From contig DCWL01000002.1 in NCBI GenBank assembly GCA_002327585.1, positions 1 to 40,004 of the forward strand: a DNA stretch of 40,004 nucleotides, given 5' to 3'. The notes under the pieces were generated by a model that was not told the origin of the DNA, searched no databases, and saw only the letters and a list, made by a program, of their open reading frames with translations. This DNA is from Candidatus Phycocordibacter aenigmaticus (lineage in GTDB: Bacteria; Patescibacteriota; Minisyncoccia; Phycocordibacterales; UBA2163). Below, piece after piece: positions 17,321-27,233 of the stretch. Each line of letters opens with the position of its first letter. The stretch's first letter is position 1. The position numbers were made by a program, and so were the translations under genes.

Positions 17321-19303
17321 ATGGTTAAAAAAGAAGTTAAATCGTCTTCAAAAGGGCATCACTATAATGCCGAGGATATTACCGTTCTGGAGGGCCTGGA
17401 GCCCGTCAGGAAGCGTCCTGGGATGTATATAGGCACAACAGGCGTTGAAGGATTACACCACCTTATATGGGAAGTTTTTGATAATGCACGGGACGAGGCG
17501 ATGGGAGGATTTGCCGATGATATTGAAGTAGCTCTTCTGCCTAACAACCGCGTGCGTATTGTTGACAACGGGCGAGGGATTCCAGTTGACAAGCACAAGC
17601 AAACAAAAGTATCAGCACTTGAGACCATTATGACTACACTTCATTCAGGCGGAAAATTCGGCGGAGAAGGATACAAAGTCTCTGGAGGTCTTCATGGTGT
17701 TGGTGTTTCTGTTGTAAACGCACTTTCAATTTATGCAAAAGTTGAAGTTCATCGCGACGGAGGAATATATGTTCAGGAATACAAACAAGGAAACAGAAAG
17801 GCTGCTGTAAAAAAAATCGGATCCTCAAAACTCCACGGTACCATCATCACATTCGAGGCGGACAATTCTGTTTTTAAAGAAATCAAATATGACTGGAATA
17901 AGATCACTTCACATCTCCGCCAGCAGGCATACTTAGTAAAAGGGATGCGGATTACCATCATTGATGCAAGAGAAATAGAAGCAAAAATTGATGAAAGTGG
18001 ATTTTATCTACGAGAATTAGCACTTGATATTCCGACAACATCGTTTTATTTTGAAGGAGGACTTCTCTCACTTGTGAAATTTTATAATCAGCATCAAAAG
18101 TCTATCCACAAGAACGTTTTTTATGTTGAAAAGGAAGAAGATGGAGTTGATGTCGAAATCTCTCTCCAATATGTTGATGACATATCGGAAAGAATCCTCG
18201 CATTTGCAAACAACACTTACAATGCTGAAGGAGGAATGCATGTTACTGGCTTTAAGACTGCGCTGACTAGAACTATTAATAGCCATGCGCGTAAAAATAA
18301 TCTAATCAAAGAAGCAGATGGCAATTTCTCCGGCGATGACGTATTAGAGGGTCTTACAGCAGTTATTTCTGTAAAGCTTCAGGAGATTCAGTTTGAAGGC
18401 CAAACAAAAGGAAAGCTCGGGAGCGTTGAGGCGCGTGGCGCCGTGGATGCAGTTTTTGCTGAGAGTTTCAGCGCTTTTTTGGAAGAGCATCCAGATGACG
18501 CACGATCCATAGTAGGAAAAGTTACTCTCGCTCTTAAAGCAAGAAAAGCTGCAAAAGCCGCAAAAGACAGCGTGCTTCGCAAGGGCGCTCTTGAGGGGAT
18601 GACGCTTCCAGGAAAGCTTGCCGACTGTCAAAGCAGAAAAGCAGAAGAGTCTGAGCTTTTTATTGTTGAGGGGGACTCAGCCGGTGGCTCATCAAAGCAG
18701 GGCAGAGACAGGAGAACACAAGCGATACTTCCTCTTCGTGGTAAAATCTTGAATGTTGAGCGCGCGCGACTGGACAAAATGCTTGCATCGGCAGAGATCA
18801 AAGCGCTTGTTGTTGCGCTCGGCACTGCAATAGGGGATATCTTTGATATATCAAAAATCCGCTATCACAAGACAATTATCGCGACAGATGCCGATGTTGA
18901 TGGAGCACATATCAGAACACTTCTTCTAACTCTTTTTTACAGGCACTTCAAACCGATAATAGAAGCGGGATACCTCTATATTGCACAGCCTCCTTTGTAT
19001 AAGATAAAGCGTGGCAAAGAGATAGTGTATGCGTACACTGAAGATGAGAAAATAAAAATACTCGGCAAGGATGCGGATACTGTAGAAGGAATATCAATCC
19101 AAAGATACAAAGGTCTTGGAGAAATGAATCCAGATGAACTCTGGGAGACAACCATGGACCCTGAAAGGAGAGTTCTCAAACAAGTGACGATTGAAGATGC
19201 GCGTGAGGCAGACAAGGTATTCGATATTCTAATGGGCACTGATGTAGTATCAAGGAAATCATTTATTCAGGCAAACGCAAAATTAGCCAATCTGGATGTT
19301 TAA
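17321..19303 (+). CDS. gyrB: DNA gyrase subunit B
   Basis: VRKRPGMYIG, DNGRGIP, SGGLHGVG, VEGDSAGG, PLRGKILN, QRYKGLGEM. Confidence 0.96.
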   Translation: MVKKEVKSSSKGHHYNAEDITVLEGLEPVRKRPGMYIGTTGVEGLHHLIWEVFDNARDEAMGGFADDIEVALLPNNRVRIVDNGRGIPVDKHKQTKVSALETIMTTLHSGGKFGGEGYKVSGGLHGVGVSVVNALSIYAKVEVHRDGGIYVQEYKQGNRKAAVKKIGSSKLHGTIITFEADNSVFKEIKYDWNKITSHLRQQAYLVKGMRITIIDAREIEAKIDESGFYLRELALDIPTTSFYFEGGLLSLVKFYNQHQKSIHKNVFYVEKEEDGVDVEISLQYVDDISERILAFANNTYNAEGGMHVTGFKTALTRTINSHARKNNLIKEADGNFSGDDVLEGLTAVISVKLQEIQFEGQTKGKLGSVEARGAVDAVFAESFSAFLEEHPDDARSIVGKVTLALKARKAAKAAKDSVLRKGALEGMTLPGKLADCQSRKAEESELFIVEGDSAGGSSKQGRDRRTQAILPLRGKILNVERARLDKMLASAEIKALVVALGTAIGDIFDISKIRYHKTIIATDADVDGAHIRTLLLTLFYRHFKPIIEAGYLYIAQPPLYKIKRGKEIVYAYTEDEKIKILGKDADTVEGISIQRYKGLGEMNPDELWETTMDPERRVLKQVTIEDAREADKVFDILMGTDVVSRKSFIQANAKLANLDV

Positions 19304-19490
19304 TTATAGCTGAAAAAAACAACCTTATCTGAAGTGGCATACGTCTATAAACTCATAAATCATCTCTTCCCTGATCTTATGCTATAGCATTGAATTAGAG
19401 AAATAGCACAACTGTATATTATTCAAGTATTGTGGTATGTTTATCTCTAGCAAGTTATTTTTTAAATCTTTCTGAAGAGAGGGGATTACA

Positions 19491-19805
19491 ATGGTAAAGA
19501 TTTTAACTGCAGATCCGATCATAGAGGTAATGAGCGAAAAGGCTCTGATTGAGAGAATGATAATATCAGAAGACATATTAGAGAAAATGAAGAAAGACAA
19601 ATATAAATATATTTGTTCGATTCAAGCGAAAAGCGAAGCCGTCTCCAAATTCAATGACATGCTGAAAGAAAAATATCAAGCCGAAGACATCAAAAGATAC
19701 GGACAATCCGGGTACTGGCATTTTTTTGTAAATTGTAATGAGAAAGAACAAAAGAAATTTCTATTGCGCGTTATTGAGCTTGACAAAAATTCCGGTAAGG
19801 TCTAA
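19491..19805 (+). CDS. hypothetical protein (104 aa), stand-alone cassette
   Basis: SD GAGAGGGG; TG-G-TATGTT -10 at 19433-41; convergent with thrS. Confidence 0.65.
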   Translation: MVKILTADPIIEVMSEKALIERMIISEDILEKMKKDKYKYICSIQAKSEAVSKFNDMLKEKYQAEDIKRYGQSGYWHFFVNCNEKEQKKFLLRVIELDKNSGKV

Positions 19806-19823
19806 ACCTACCGGGATTTTTTT
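19785..19823. terminator. bidirectional terminator overlapping both stop codons
   Basis: AAAAATTCCGGTA…TACCGGGATTTTT. Confidence 0.65.
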
Positions 19824-21562
19824 GTTATTTCATTTTTGAGTTTTACTATAAGCTCATCAATCTCTAGAGTACCTTGATTTCCCTTGTCTCTGTTTTCTAT
19901 TGTTACTTTTTTCTCTTCAACTTCCTTGGTGCCGATTACAAGCATGTAAGGGACTTTCTCCATTTTTCCTTGGCGAATTTTCTTGCCGAGTGTTTCTCCG
20001 CTGTCATCGAGTTCTGTGCGAATATCATTTTCTTTTAATTTTTCAAACACTTCTCCCCCAAATTTCTGATGCGCCTCTCCAATAGGAAGGACTTTGACCT
20101 GAACAGGGGAGAGCCAAAGAGGAAATGCTCCCGCGAAGTGTTCAATCAGAATTGCCATAAAGCGCTCGTATGAGCCCAAGATTGCTCTGTGTATAAGCGC
20201 CGGCGTCTCATCTTCTCCTTTCTTATTTTTATACACAAGGCCAAATCTCTTCGGCATTGAAAAATCAATTTGTATCGTTGCCAACTGCCATTGTCTTTCA
20301 AGGGAGTCCTTGAACACATAATCAATCTTAGGGCCATAAATTGCCGCTTCTCCCTCTATGCGCTTTGCTTTCAGATTCAAGCCATCAGAGAGTTCTTGAA
20401 GTTCTTTCTCCGCTTTTCTCCAGTCTTTCTCTTCCCCAATATATTTATCAAGGTTTTCTGGATCTCTGACAGAAAGAAACACTTGGTGGTTGCCGTACAT
20501 CCCAAGTGCGCTGTAAAACTCTTCAATAATATGTGCAATATTTTTTACCTCTTCTTTTATCTGCTCTGTTGTGCAGAAGATATGTCCATCATCAACTGTG
20601 ATTGAGCGCACGCGCGTTAAGCCCCCCAATTCGCCTGGTTTCTCATCTCTGTACATCATTGTTGATTCCACGAAGCGCAGAGGAAGGTCGCGGTAGCTTC
20701 TTGGTACAGAAGCATAAATCTGGGTTGTATGCGGACAGTTGACTGGCTTCATTACAAATTCATCATGATGCCCTACAACTTTCAAAAGCTCATTGCCAAA
20801 TTTCTCTGTATGCCCTGATGTCTCATATAGTTTCTTTTTAGCAATGTGAGGAGTCTCAACCTGTTGTATGCCGTATTTTTTTCCTACCTCAAGAAGAGTG
20901 TCATAGAGTTCCGTGCGCATTATTGTTCCCTTTGGAGTGAAAAGTGGAAGGCCTGTGCCGACAAGAGGGGAGAATATAAAAAGTCCTAATTCTTTTCCTA
21001 GTTTTCTATGGTCTCTTTTTTCCGCTTCCTCCTGCATCTTAAGATATTCATCAAGCTCTTTTTTGTTTTTAAATGCGACACCGTAGATGCGGGTGAGCAT
21101 TTTGTTTTTTTCATCTCCTTTCCAATAAGCGCCAGCGATATTTATAAGTTTAAATGCCTTTGGGTCAATTTCATTTGTTGATTTAACATGCCATCCTCCG
21201 CAAAGATCAACAAAATCTCCCGATTGAAAAAAACTTAATTTCTCTTTGCGCTCCAGTATTTCATCAATGAGTTCAAGTTTATACGGCTCATTTTTAAACT
21301 TTTCTCGTGCCTCATCTTCTGAGATTTCAATATGCTTGAATTCAATATTTTCTTTTATTAAATGTTTTATTTTATTCTCAAGTTCAGAAAGGCGCTCTGG
21401 TGAAATTTTATAATCTTTACTGAACTGAAAGTCATAGTAAAAACCATTCTCAATTGTAGGACCGATTGCAAGCTTTGCCTTAGGGTTTTCCTGCCTCACC
21501 GCCATGGCGAGCAAATGCGCCAGCGAATGCCGAATATTGTCTAATTTCTGATCTTTTTCCAT
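19808..21562 (-). CDS. thrS: threonine-tRNA ligase (no N-terminal TGS domain)
   Basis: RHSLAHLL, GAYWKGD, RDHRKLGK, KPVNCP, YGPKID, HRAILGSYERF. Confidence 0.97.
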   Translation of the reverse strand: MEKDQKLDNIRHSLAHLLAMAVRQENPKAKLAIGPTIENGFYYDFQFSKDYKISPERLSELENKIKHLIKENIEFKHIEISEDEAREKFKNEPYKLELIDEILERKEKLSFFQSGDFVDLCGGWHVKSTNEIDPKAFKLINIAGAYWKGDEKNKMLTRIYGVAFKNKKELDEYLKMQEEAEKRDHRKLGKELGLFIFSPLVGTGLPLFTPKGTIMRTELYDTLLEVGKKYGIQQVETPHIAKKKLYETSGHTEKFGNELLKVVGHHDEFVMKPVNCPHTTQIYASVPRSYRDLPLRFVESTMMYRDEKPGELGGLTRVRSITVDDGHIFCTTEQIKEEVKNIAHIIEEFYSALGMYGNHQVFLSVRDPENLDKYIGEEKDWRKAEKELQELSDGLNLKAKRIEGEAAIYGPKIDYVFKDSLERQWQLATIQIDFSMPKRFGLVYKNKKGEDETPALIHRAILGSYERFMAILIEHFAGAFPLWLSPVQVKVLPIGEAHQKFGGEVFEKLKENDIRTELDDSGETLGKKIRQGKMEKVPYMLVIGTKEVEEKKVTIENRDKGNQGTLEIDELIVKLKNEITKKSR

Positions 21563-21582
21563 AATTAAAATAATAACATATT

Positions 21583-24500
21583 TTACAATTCTTTAACTCC
21601 CTCGGCGATTATGCTTATCCTACCGCCCCTGTCGGAGATTTTTCCCTTTATTGAAATGCATTTTTCCGCTTCAAGAAATTTTTTAAATTTTTCAAACACT
21701 CTCGGAAATACCACAGCTTCAACACTGTCGGAAAAATCAGCAATTCTTACAAATGCCATCTGCTCTCCATTTTTTGTTAGAATTGTTTTCGCTTCCTCCA
21801 CAATCCCTGAGATGACGGTAAGCATTCCTGACTTCATTTCTTCTTTTGTTTCTTTAATTTCTTTATGATCTTTTTTTAATTTTTCCCTAAATTTGTCCAG
21901 TGGATGGCCTGAAATATAAAGTCCTAAAAGCTCTTTCTCCCAAAACAATTTATCCGTCTGACTTGCAGGAGTCCCTTTCTCAAGAGTTAATTTTGACGCG
22001 ACACCTTTCTCCCTAAGCTCTCCGAAAAGGGAATCCTGATTTTGGGAATCGGCAGAGTGCTCTTTATTGTATATGAGAAGATGCTCAATGTTTGAAGACA
22101 TTTTCCCGCGCTCTTCAAATTGATCTAAAGCGCCGGATTTGATAAGCGCTTCAAGTGATTTCTTATTCAGATTTTTATTCTGTATTCGCTCAAGAAAATC
22201 GGATAGGGATTTAAATTTTCCATTTGCCTCTCTTTCAGTGATTATAAAATCCGCAATGCTCTCGCCAAAATTTTTGATGGAATGAAGGCCGAAACGAATT
22301 TTACCGTCAACTACAGTAAAATCTCCGAAACTCTCATTCACACTGGCAGGCTGTACTGGGATATTCATCCTCTTTAGCTCTATAATACTCTCTGATATCT
22401 TGTCCACATCGCCGGAGTCCGCAGTCAAAACCGCAGCCATATATTCAATGGGGAAGTTGGCTTTCATATAGGCGGTCTGATACGCGACTTTTCCGTAACT
22501 TGTGGCATGCGCTTTGTTGAATCCGTATGCTGCGAATGGTTCAATCCAACTCCATATTTTCTCTGCTTTCTCCTTATTCCATTTGCTTGTCTTAATACAG
22601 CCCTCTATAAACTTGTCTTTTTGCGCTTGCATCTCTTTGGGGATTTTTTTACCGACCGCTTTCCTGAATTTATCAACTTCTTTCCAAGAATATCCCGCAA
22701 GCTCTCTTGCAATAATTAAAAGATCGTCTTGATATACAAGAACACCATAAGTTTGAGCAAGTATTTTTTCAAACACAGGATCAAGGTATGTTATAAGTTT
22801 TTGATTATGTTTCCTTTTTATGTAAAGAGGTATAAACTGCATTGGGCCGGGGCGATAAAGGGCAATCATAGCATTAATATCATGTATTTTTGTAGGGACT
22901 AATTCTTTTAAGAAATGTGTAACTCCTGTTCCATTTAGCTGAAAGAGTCCCATTGTCTCGCCTCGTGCGAGCATTTCATAAGTCTTCTTGTCGTCAAGCG
23001 GAATGTTCTCAATATCTATTTGGACGCCGTGAAATTTCTTTGCGCGTCTTACAGCATCAGCAAGCACTGCAAGATTTCTAAGACCCAGAAAATCAAATTT
23101 CAAAAGCCCTACATCCTCCACCGAATACATATCATACTGAGTTATAATTTTCCCCCCTTTTGGGTCAAGCTGAAGGGGAATAAACTCTGTAAGCGGTTTT
23201 GGCGATATCACGACTCCTGCGGCGTGGACAGAAATGTGGCGCGCATTTCCCTCAATTTTTTTTGCCATATCAATAATTTCTTTTGAATCTTTTTCTTTTC
23301 CGTAAAGTTCTTTGAGCTCTGATGTGATTTCCATTGCATGCTCTATTGTCATTGGAAAACCCTGAGAGCCCAGCGGGATGAGTTTTGCTATTCTGTCACC
23401 TATGTTGTACGAGTATCCAAGAGCTCTCGCTATGTCGCGCACCGAGCCGCGCGCCATCATTGTGCCGAATGTTCCGATCCGCGCCACCTTGTCTTCTCCG
23501 TATTTGTCCCTTGCGTACTGTATGACCTCGTCTCTTCTGTTGTCGGCAAAATCCATATCTATATCTGGCGGTGAAGGGCGCTCAGGATTTAAAAACCGCT
23601 CAAACGGTATTTTATACTCTATAGGGTTGACGTTCGTGATTCCCGATAGATACGTTACAATTGAACCGGCGACAGAACCCCTTATAGTAGTGAGAATTTT
23701 ATTTTCATGTGCAAAGTTCAGAAGGTCTCCAACGACGAGAAAATACGGCGCATAACCTTTGTTTTTTATGGTTTTCAGCTCGTATTCTATGCGGTCGGTA
23801 ATCTCTTTTGTTTTTTTAATCCTGCGGTTTTTTATTCCGTTGTACACAAGTTCACGTAGTTTATCGTCATATGATTTTCCGCTCTCAAGCTTCAGATCAG
23901 GGAATACCCATTTGCCTAAGCCAAGCTCCAGATTGCACATATTTGCAATTTTAAGTGTGTTTGAAAGCGCTTCAGGAATATCTTTAAAATATTCCACGGC
24001 TTTTTCTTGATCAATGAATGAAAAATCCTCGTTGTCACTATTTAGTCCGCCTTGTTCGGCAAAATCCATATTAATCTGGATTTTTAAAAGCGCTTCGCGT
24101 GTCTTTTTGTCTTCTGGTTTTATATAGTACACATCATGTGCTGCAACTAATTGCGTGTCGGTATCTTTACTGAGATTTTTTATCTGATTTTGAAGTTTAC
24201 TATGATTCTCAATTTCTGGGTGGTGCGTGATTTCAAGAAATATATTTTCTTTCCCAAATGTATTTTTATACCACTCAAGTGTTTCTCTCGCGAGCTTCTC
24301 GTTCCTGTCCTTTAGAGCAAGAGATGTTTCTCCTGAAAATGATGGAAGTATTGCCACAAGTCCGTCTGAATATTTCTCCAGTAACTCTCGGTCAACACGC
24401 GGTTTGTAATAGAATCCTTCAAGATGAGAGTAGGTGACGAGCTTAAGAAGGTTTTTATATCCGATTTCATTTTTTGAAAGAAGCACAAGCCGCGTGCGTT

Positions 24501-24765
24501 TATTGTCAATCTTTGCTTCTTTATCAAAACGTGTGCGCGTGGCAATATATGCGTCAATACCGATTATAGGTTTTATGCCCACCTCTTTGCATTTTTTATA
24601 AAATTCAATTGCACCGTATAAATTTCCATTATCGGTGAGTGCAAGTGCCGGCATAGCGGATTTACTTGCGGCTTCAACAAGCTCTCCCACTTTAGGCAGA
24701 GCATTGAGCAGGGAGTAATGACTGTGCGTGTGAAGGTGTACAAATTCAGCGGATTTTTGAAACAT
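21583..24765 (-). CDS. dnaE: DNA polymerase III alpha subunit
   Basis: FVHLHTHSHYSLL, RGSVAGS, FERFLNPER.SPPDIDMDF, YGFNKAH. Confidence 0.97.
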   Translation of the reverse strand: MFQKSAEFVHLHTHSHYSLLNALPKVGELVEAASKSAMPALALTDNGNLYGAIEFYKKCKEVGIKPIIGIDAYIATRTRFDKEAKIDNKRTRLVLLSKNEIGYKNLLKLVTYSHLEGFYYKPRVDRELLEKYSDGLVAILPSFSGETSLALKDRNEKLARETLEWYKNTFGKENIFLEITHHPEIENHSKLQNQIKNLSKDTDTQLVAAHDVYYIKPEDKKTREALLKIQINMDFAEQGGLNSDNEDFSFIDQEKAVEYFKDIPEALSNTLKIANMCNLELGLGKWVFPDLKLESGKSYDDKLRELVYNGIKNRRIKKTKEITDRIEYELKTIKNKGYAPYFLVVGDLLNFAHENKILTTIRGSVAGSIVTYLSGITNVNPIEYKIPFERFLNPERPSPPDIDMDFADNRRDEVIQYARDKYGEDKVARIGTFGTMMARGSVRDIARALGYSYNIGDRIAKLIPLGSQGFPMTIEHAMEITSELKELYGKEKDSKEIIDMAKKIEGNARHISVHAAGVVISPKPLTEFIPLQLDPKGGKIITQYDMYSVEDVGLLKFDFLGLRNLAVLADAVRRAKKFHGVQIDIENIPLDDKKTYEMLARGETMGLFQLNGTGVTHFLKELVPTKIHDINAMIALYRPGPMQFIPLYIKRKHNQKLITYLDPVFEKILAQTYGVLVYQDDLLIIARELAGYSWKEVDKFRKAVGKKIPKEMQAQKDKFIEGCIKTSKWNKEKAEKIWSWIEPFAAYGFNKAHATSYGKVAYQTAYMKANFPIEYMAAVLTADSGDVDKISESIIELKRMNIPVQPASVNESFGDFTVVDGKIRFGLHSIKNFGESIADFIITEREANGKFKSLSDFLERIQNKNLNKKSLEALIKSGALDQFEERGKMSSNIEHLLIYNKEHSADSQNQDSLFGELREKGVASKLTLEKGTPASQTDKLFWEKELLGLYISGHPLDKFREKLKKDHKEIKETKEEMKSGMLTVISGIVEEAKTILTKNGEQMAFVRIADFSDSVEAVVFPRVFEKFKKFLEAEKCISIKGKISDRGGRISIIAEGVKEL

Positions 24766-24825
24766 AATTGTCTCTAGTATATCATGCCTCGCTCTTTTGG
24801 ATGATGTTGTGATACTCTTTTAAAT

Positions 24826-25455
24826 ATGATGGACAAAAAGCTTAAAGAAAGGAAAAAGCGTATTTTGAAGCTCAATAATGCTCTCAAAAAGCTCTTTCCA
24901 AAGGCTAAAATCGCCTTGAAATACAAGAGTAATTGGGAGCTTCTTATTTCTGTGGTTCTCTCAGCGCAGTCCACTGACAAGCAGGTGAATAAGACGACGG
25001 AGAAGCTTTTCAGAAAATATCGTACGCTAAATGATTATCTGAAGGTTGATATTAAAGAATTTGAACAAGATATCAAATCAACGGGATTCTATCGCAATAA
25101 AGCAAAGAATATTTTAGCTTCTGCAAAAATTATAAAAGAAAAACACGGAGGCAAGGTTCCCGATACGATGGAGAAATTAACCCAACTTCCCGGAGTTGCA
25201 AGAAAGACGGCAAACATAATTTTAGGAAATGCGTTCGGAACTGTAGAGGGAATGGCAGTAGACACCCATGTAAGAAGATTTGCTCTTAAATTTAATCTGA
25301 CAGAAAATCATGACCCCAACAAGATTGAAAAGGACTTAATAAAGCTTTTGCCGAGGAGTCAGTGGTTTGAATTTACATATAGAGTGATTGAATATGGAAG
25401 ACAAATTTGTCCTGGGCGCAATCACGAATGTAGAGAGCACATTTCGTTAATATAA
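24826..25455 (+). CDS. nth: endonuclease III
   Basis: LSAQSTD, GFYRNKAKNI, LPGVARKTAN, AVDTHV. Confidence 0.93.
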   Translation: MMDKKLKERKKRILKLNNALKKLFPKAKIALKYKSNWELLISVVLSAQSTDKQVNKTTEKLFRKYRTLNDYLKVDIKEFEQDIKSTGFYRNKAKNILASAKIIKEKHGGKVPDTMEKLTQLPGVARKTANIILGNAFGTVEGMAVDTHVRRFALKFNLTENHDPNKIEKDLIKLLPRSQWFEFTYRVIEYGRQICPGRNHECREHISLI

Positions 25456-25461
25456 ATATAA

Positions 25462-25496
25462 AAAAACAACTCCAATGTAAGATTAGAGTTGTTTTT
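25462..25496. terminator. bidirectional terminator
   Basis: AAAAACAACTC…GAGTTGTTTTT between convergent genes. Confidence 0.75.
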
Positions 25497-25506
25497 AAAT
25501 TTACAC

Positions 25507-25896
25507 TTATTGAACTTGCGGAGGCATTTGAGGATTGTTCATTCCGCCACCTGTAGATGCTGGACCGCCTTTGTTCATAAAGCCGATGAGAAGCACTAGA
25601 ATACCTGCTATAAGATTGAATAAGTCTACAGCAGTTGTTGATTGAAGAATTCCGAAGATCATATCGCCTGAGAGTATAAATCCTAAGATTCCTATGGCAG
25701 CAAGGATAATACCGACAATCTTTGCCAACATTGTCTGCCCTTTTTTGACCGACATAATCAAAAGAAGACCCAAGATTATGTAAACGACACTCTGAACAGC
25801 ATTTGTGGCAAGAATTCCAATTACAGGATCACTGAAAAATCCGAGAATTCCCACTAGTGCAACAATAATACCAACGATGTATAAAACCATTTTCAT
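25507..25896 (-). CDS. 4-TM small membrane protein (DUF4383-like)
   Basis: Internally duplicated 'GII..VGILGF' helices; start at MKMVLY preferred over 25935. Confidence 0.7.
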   Translation of the reverse strand: MKMVLYIVGIIVALVGILGFFSDPVIGILATNAVQSVVYIILGLLLIMSVKKGQTMLAKIVGIILAAIGILGFILSGDMIFGILQSTTAVDLFNLIAGILVLLIGFMNKGGPASTGGGMNNPQMPPQVQ

Positions 25897-26049
25897 ATTG
25901 TTAAACAAGATGATTAATTTGTGAATAATATGCACGACCGACGATTTAATCCGTCTTAATATCTCATCCCTTCATGTAATTTTAGCACACTATAATTTTT
26001 ACAATAGTAAACAATCCACAGTAGAGTAAAAGACAAAAAATGGCTAAAA

Positions 26050-27231
26050 TCAAAGCGTATCTTTGAGTGCCAAGGAATATTTAAGGCCCAAGAACATTAT
26101 TATTCCAAGCACTAGGAAGATGTACTGGAACGGAAAAAACTGAAGTGCGATGATTGCCGCAATAGGGCCAGCAATGTATGCGAGAGGTCTTGTCATTCTG
26201 AAGAAACTTATTATGTTTGCATCATCTCCTTTGACATGCTTGAAGAAATAACTTTCTGTCATAATCTCAACCAAACTTGCTCCTATCCTTGTGACAAAAA
26301 GTATTGTCGTCCACAATATGAAAGAGGCAGTCCCAATAAAAGGTATTACCATAGTGGAGAGTGCCATAATGATAAAACCCGCTAAGAGAAGTTCTTTCTC
26401 GCCAATCCATCTGTCTGCGATTTTTCCCGCAGGAATTTCTATAAGGATGAAAGGCAAAAGCATTATAAAAAATATAGCGGCTATTTGTTGCCAATTAAAA
26501 CCGATGTAGTCATGGAGATAAATCGGCATGTACACAACCATCCATGAAAAAAAGAATTTTAAGATAAACTGCGCCATAAATATATTTGAAATATTTCTGT
26601 CTGCTTTGAATTTCTTAAATGTTCTCCAAATCTTGAAGTTCTCATATACTGGGTCTTTAAAATTTCTAAATTTCGTAAATATGATGAAAAGAAACGGCAA
26701 AAGCACTCCGGCCGAGATAAGGTATATTTTCCAATAGTCTTCGTTTGTCAGAATAAGGCCTACGATGAGAATGGAGAATATAAGAGAAGAGTTTATTATC
26801 GTAAGAAAAATCCCTCTTGTGCTGCCGGTGTCCGACTCTTTTTTCTGATAGGTTTCAAGAAATATGTCAATGTTAATGAAAATAATTTGAAAAATAACCC
26901 AATGAGCGATAAAAAGGGGAATCACTATCATTGCTTCCTTGATAAATGCCATCCCGAGAATAATCAGAATTTCAAATAAAGTGAAAGTAACGAGTGTTAG
27001 ATAATTTCCGAACCTTCTTAGTATATACGGAATAATGGTTAGCGTACTTATGGTAATCAGTGAGCCTATGATGTAAAGCATTCCAACAAACTCTTCCGAT
27101 ATATACTGATTCAGAAAGCTTGAATTGATATAGACGATTATAAATACATGAAAAGCAGAAAGAAAACCTACTGCATATATAGCGGTGAAAATGTTCTTTT
27201 TGCCAGATTTTCGCAAGTGGGTGATGTCCAT
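26050..27231 (-). CDS. MFS transporter
   Basis: About 12 hydrophobic segments, PAGKIADRWIGEK loop motif. Confidence 0.88.
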   Translation of the reverse strand: MDITHLRKSGKKNIFTAIYAVGFLSAFHVFIIVYINSSFLNQYISEEFVGMLYIIGSLITISTLTIIPYILRRFGNYLTLVTFTLFEILIILGMAFIKEAMIVIPLFIAHWVIFQIIFINIDIFLETYQKKESDTGSTRGIFLTIINSSLIFSILIVGLILTNEDYWKIYLISAGVLLPFLFIIFTKFRNFKDPVYENFKIWRTFKKFKADRNISNIFMAQFILKFFFSWMVVYMPIYLHDYIGFNWQQIAAIFFIMLLPFILIEIPAGKIADRWIGEKELLLAGFIIMALSTMVIPFIGTASFILWTTILFVTRIGASLVEIMTESYFFKHVKGDDANIISFFRMTRPLAYIAGPIAAIIALQFFPFQYIFLVLGIIMFLGLKYSLALKDTL

Positions 27232-27233
27232 AT

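Noticed and set aside
19412-19427. SOS-box-like CTGTATATTATTCAAG
   Set aside because: The right half does not match ACAG, and no such box precedes the uvr genes.
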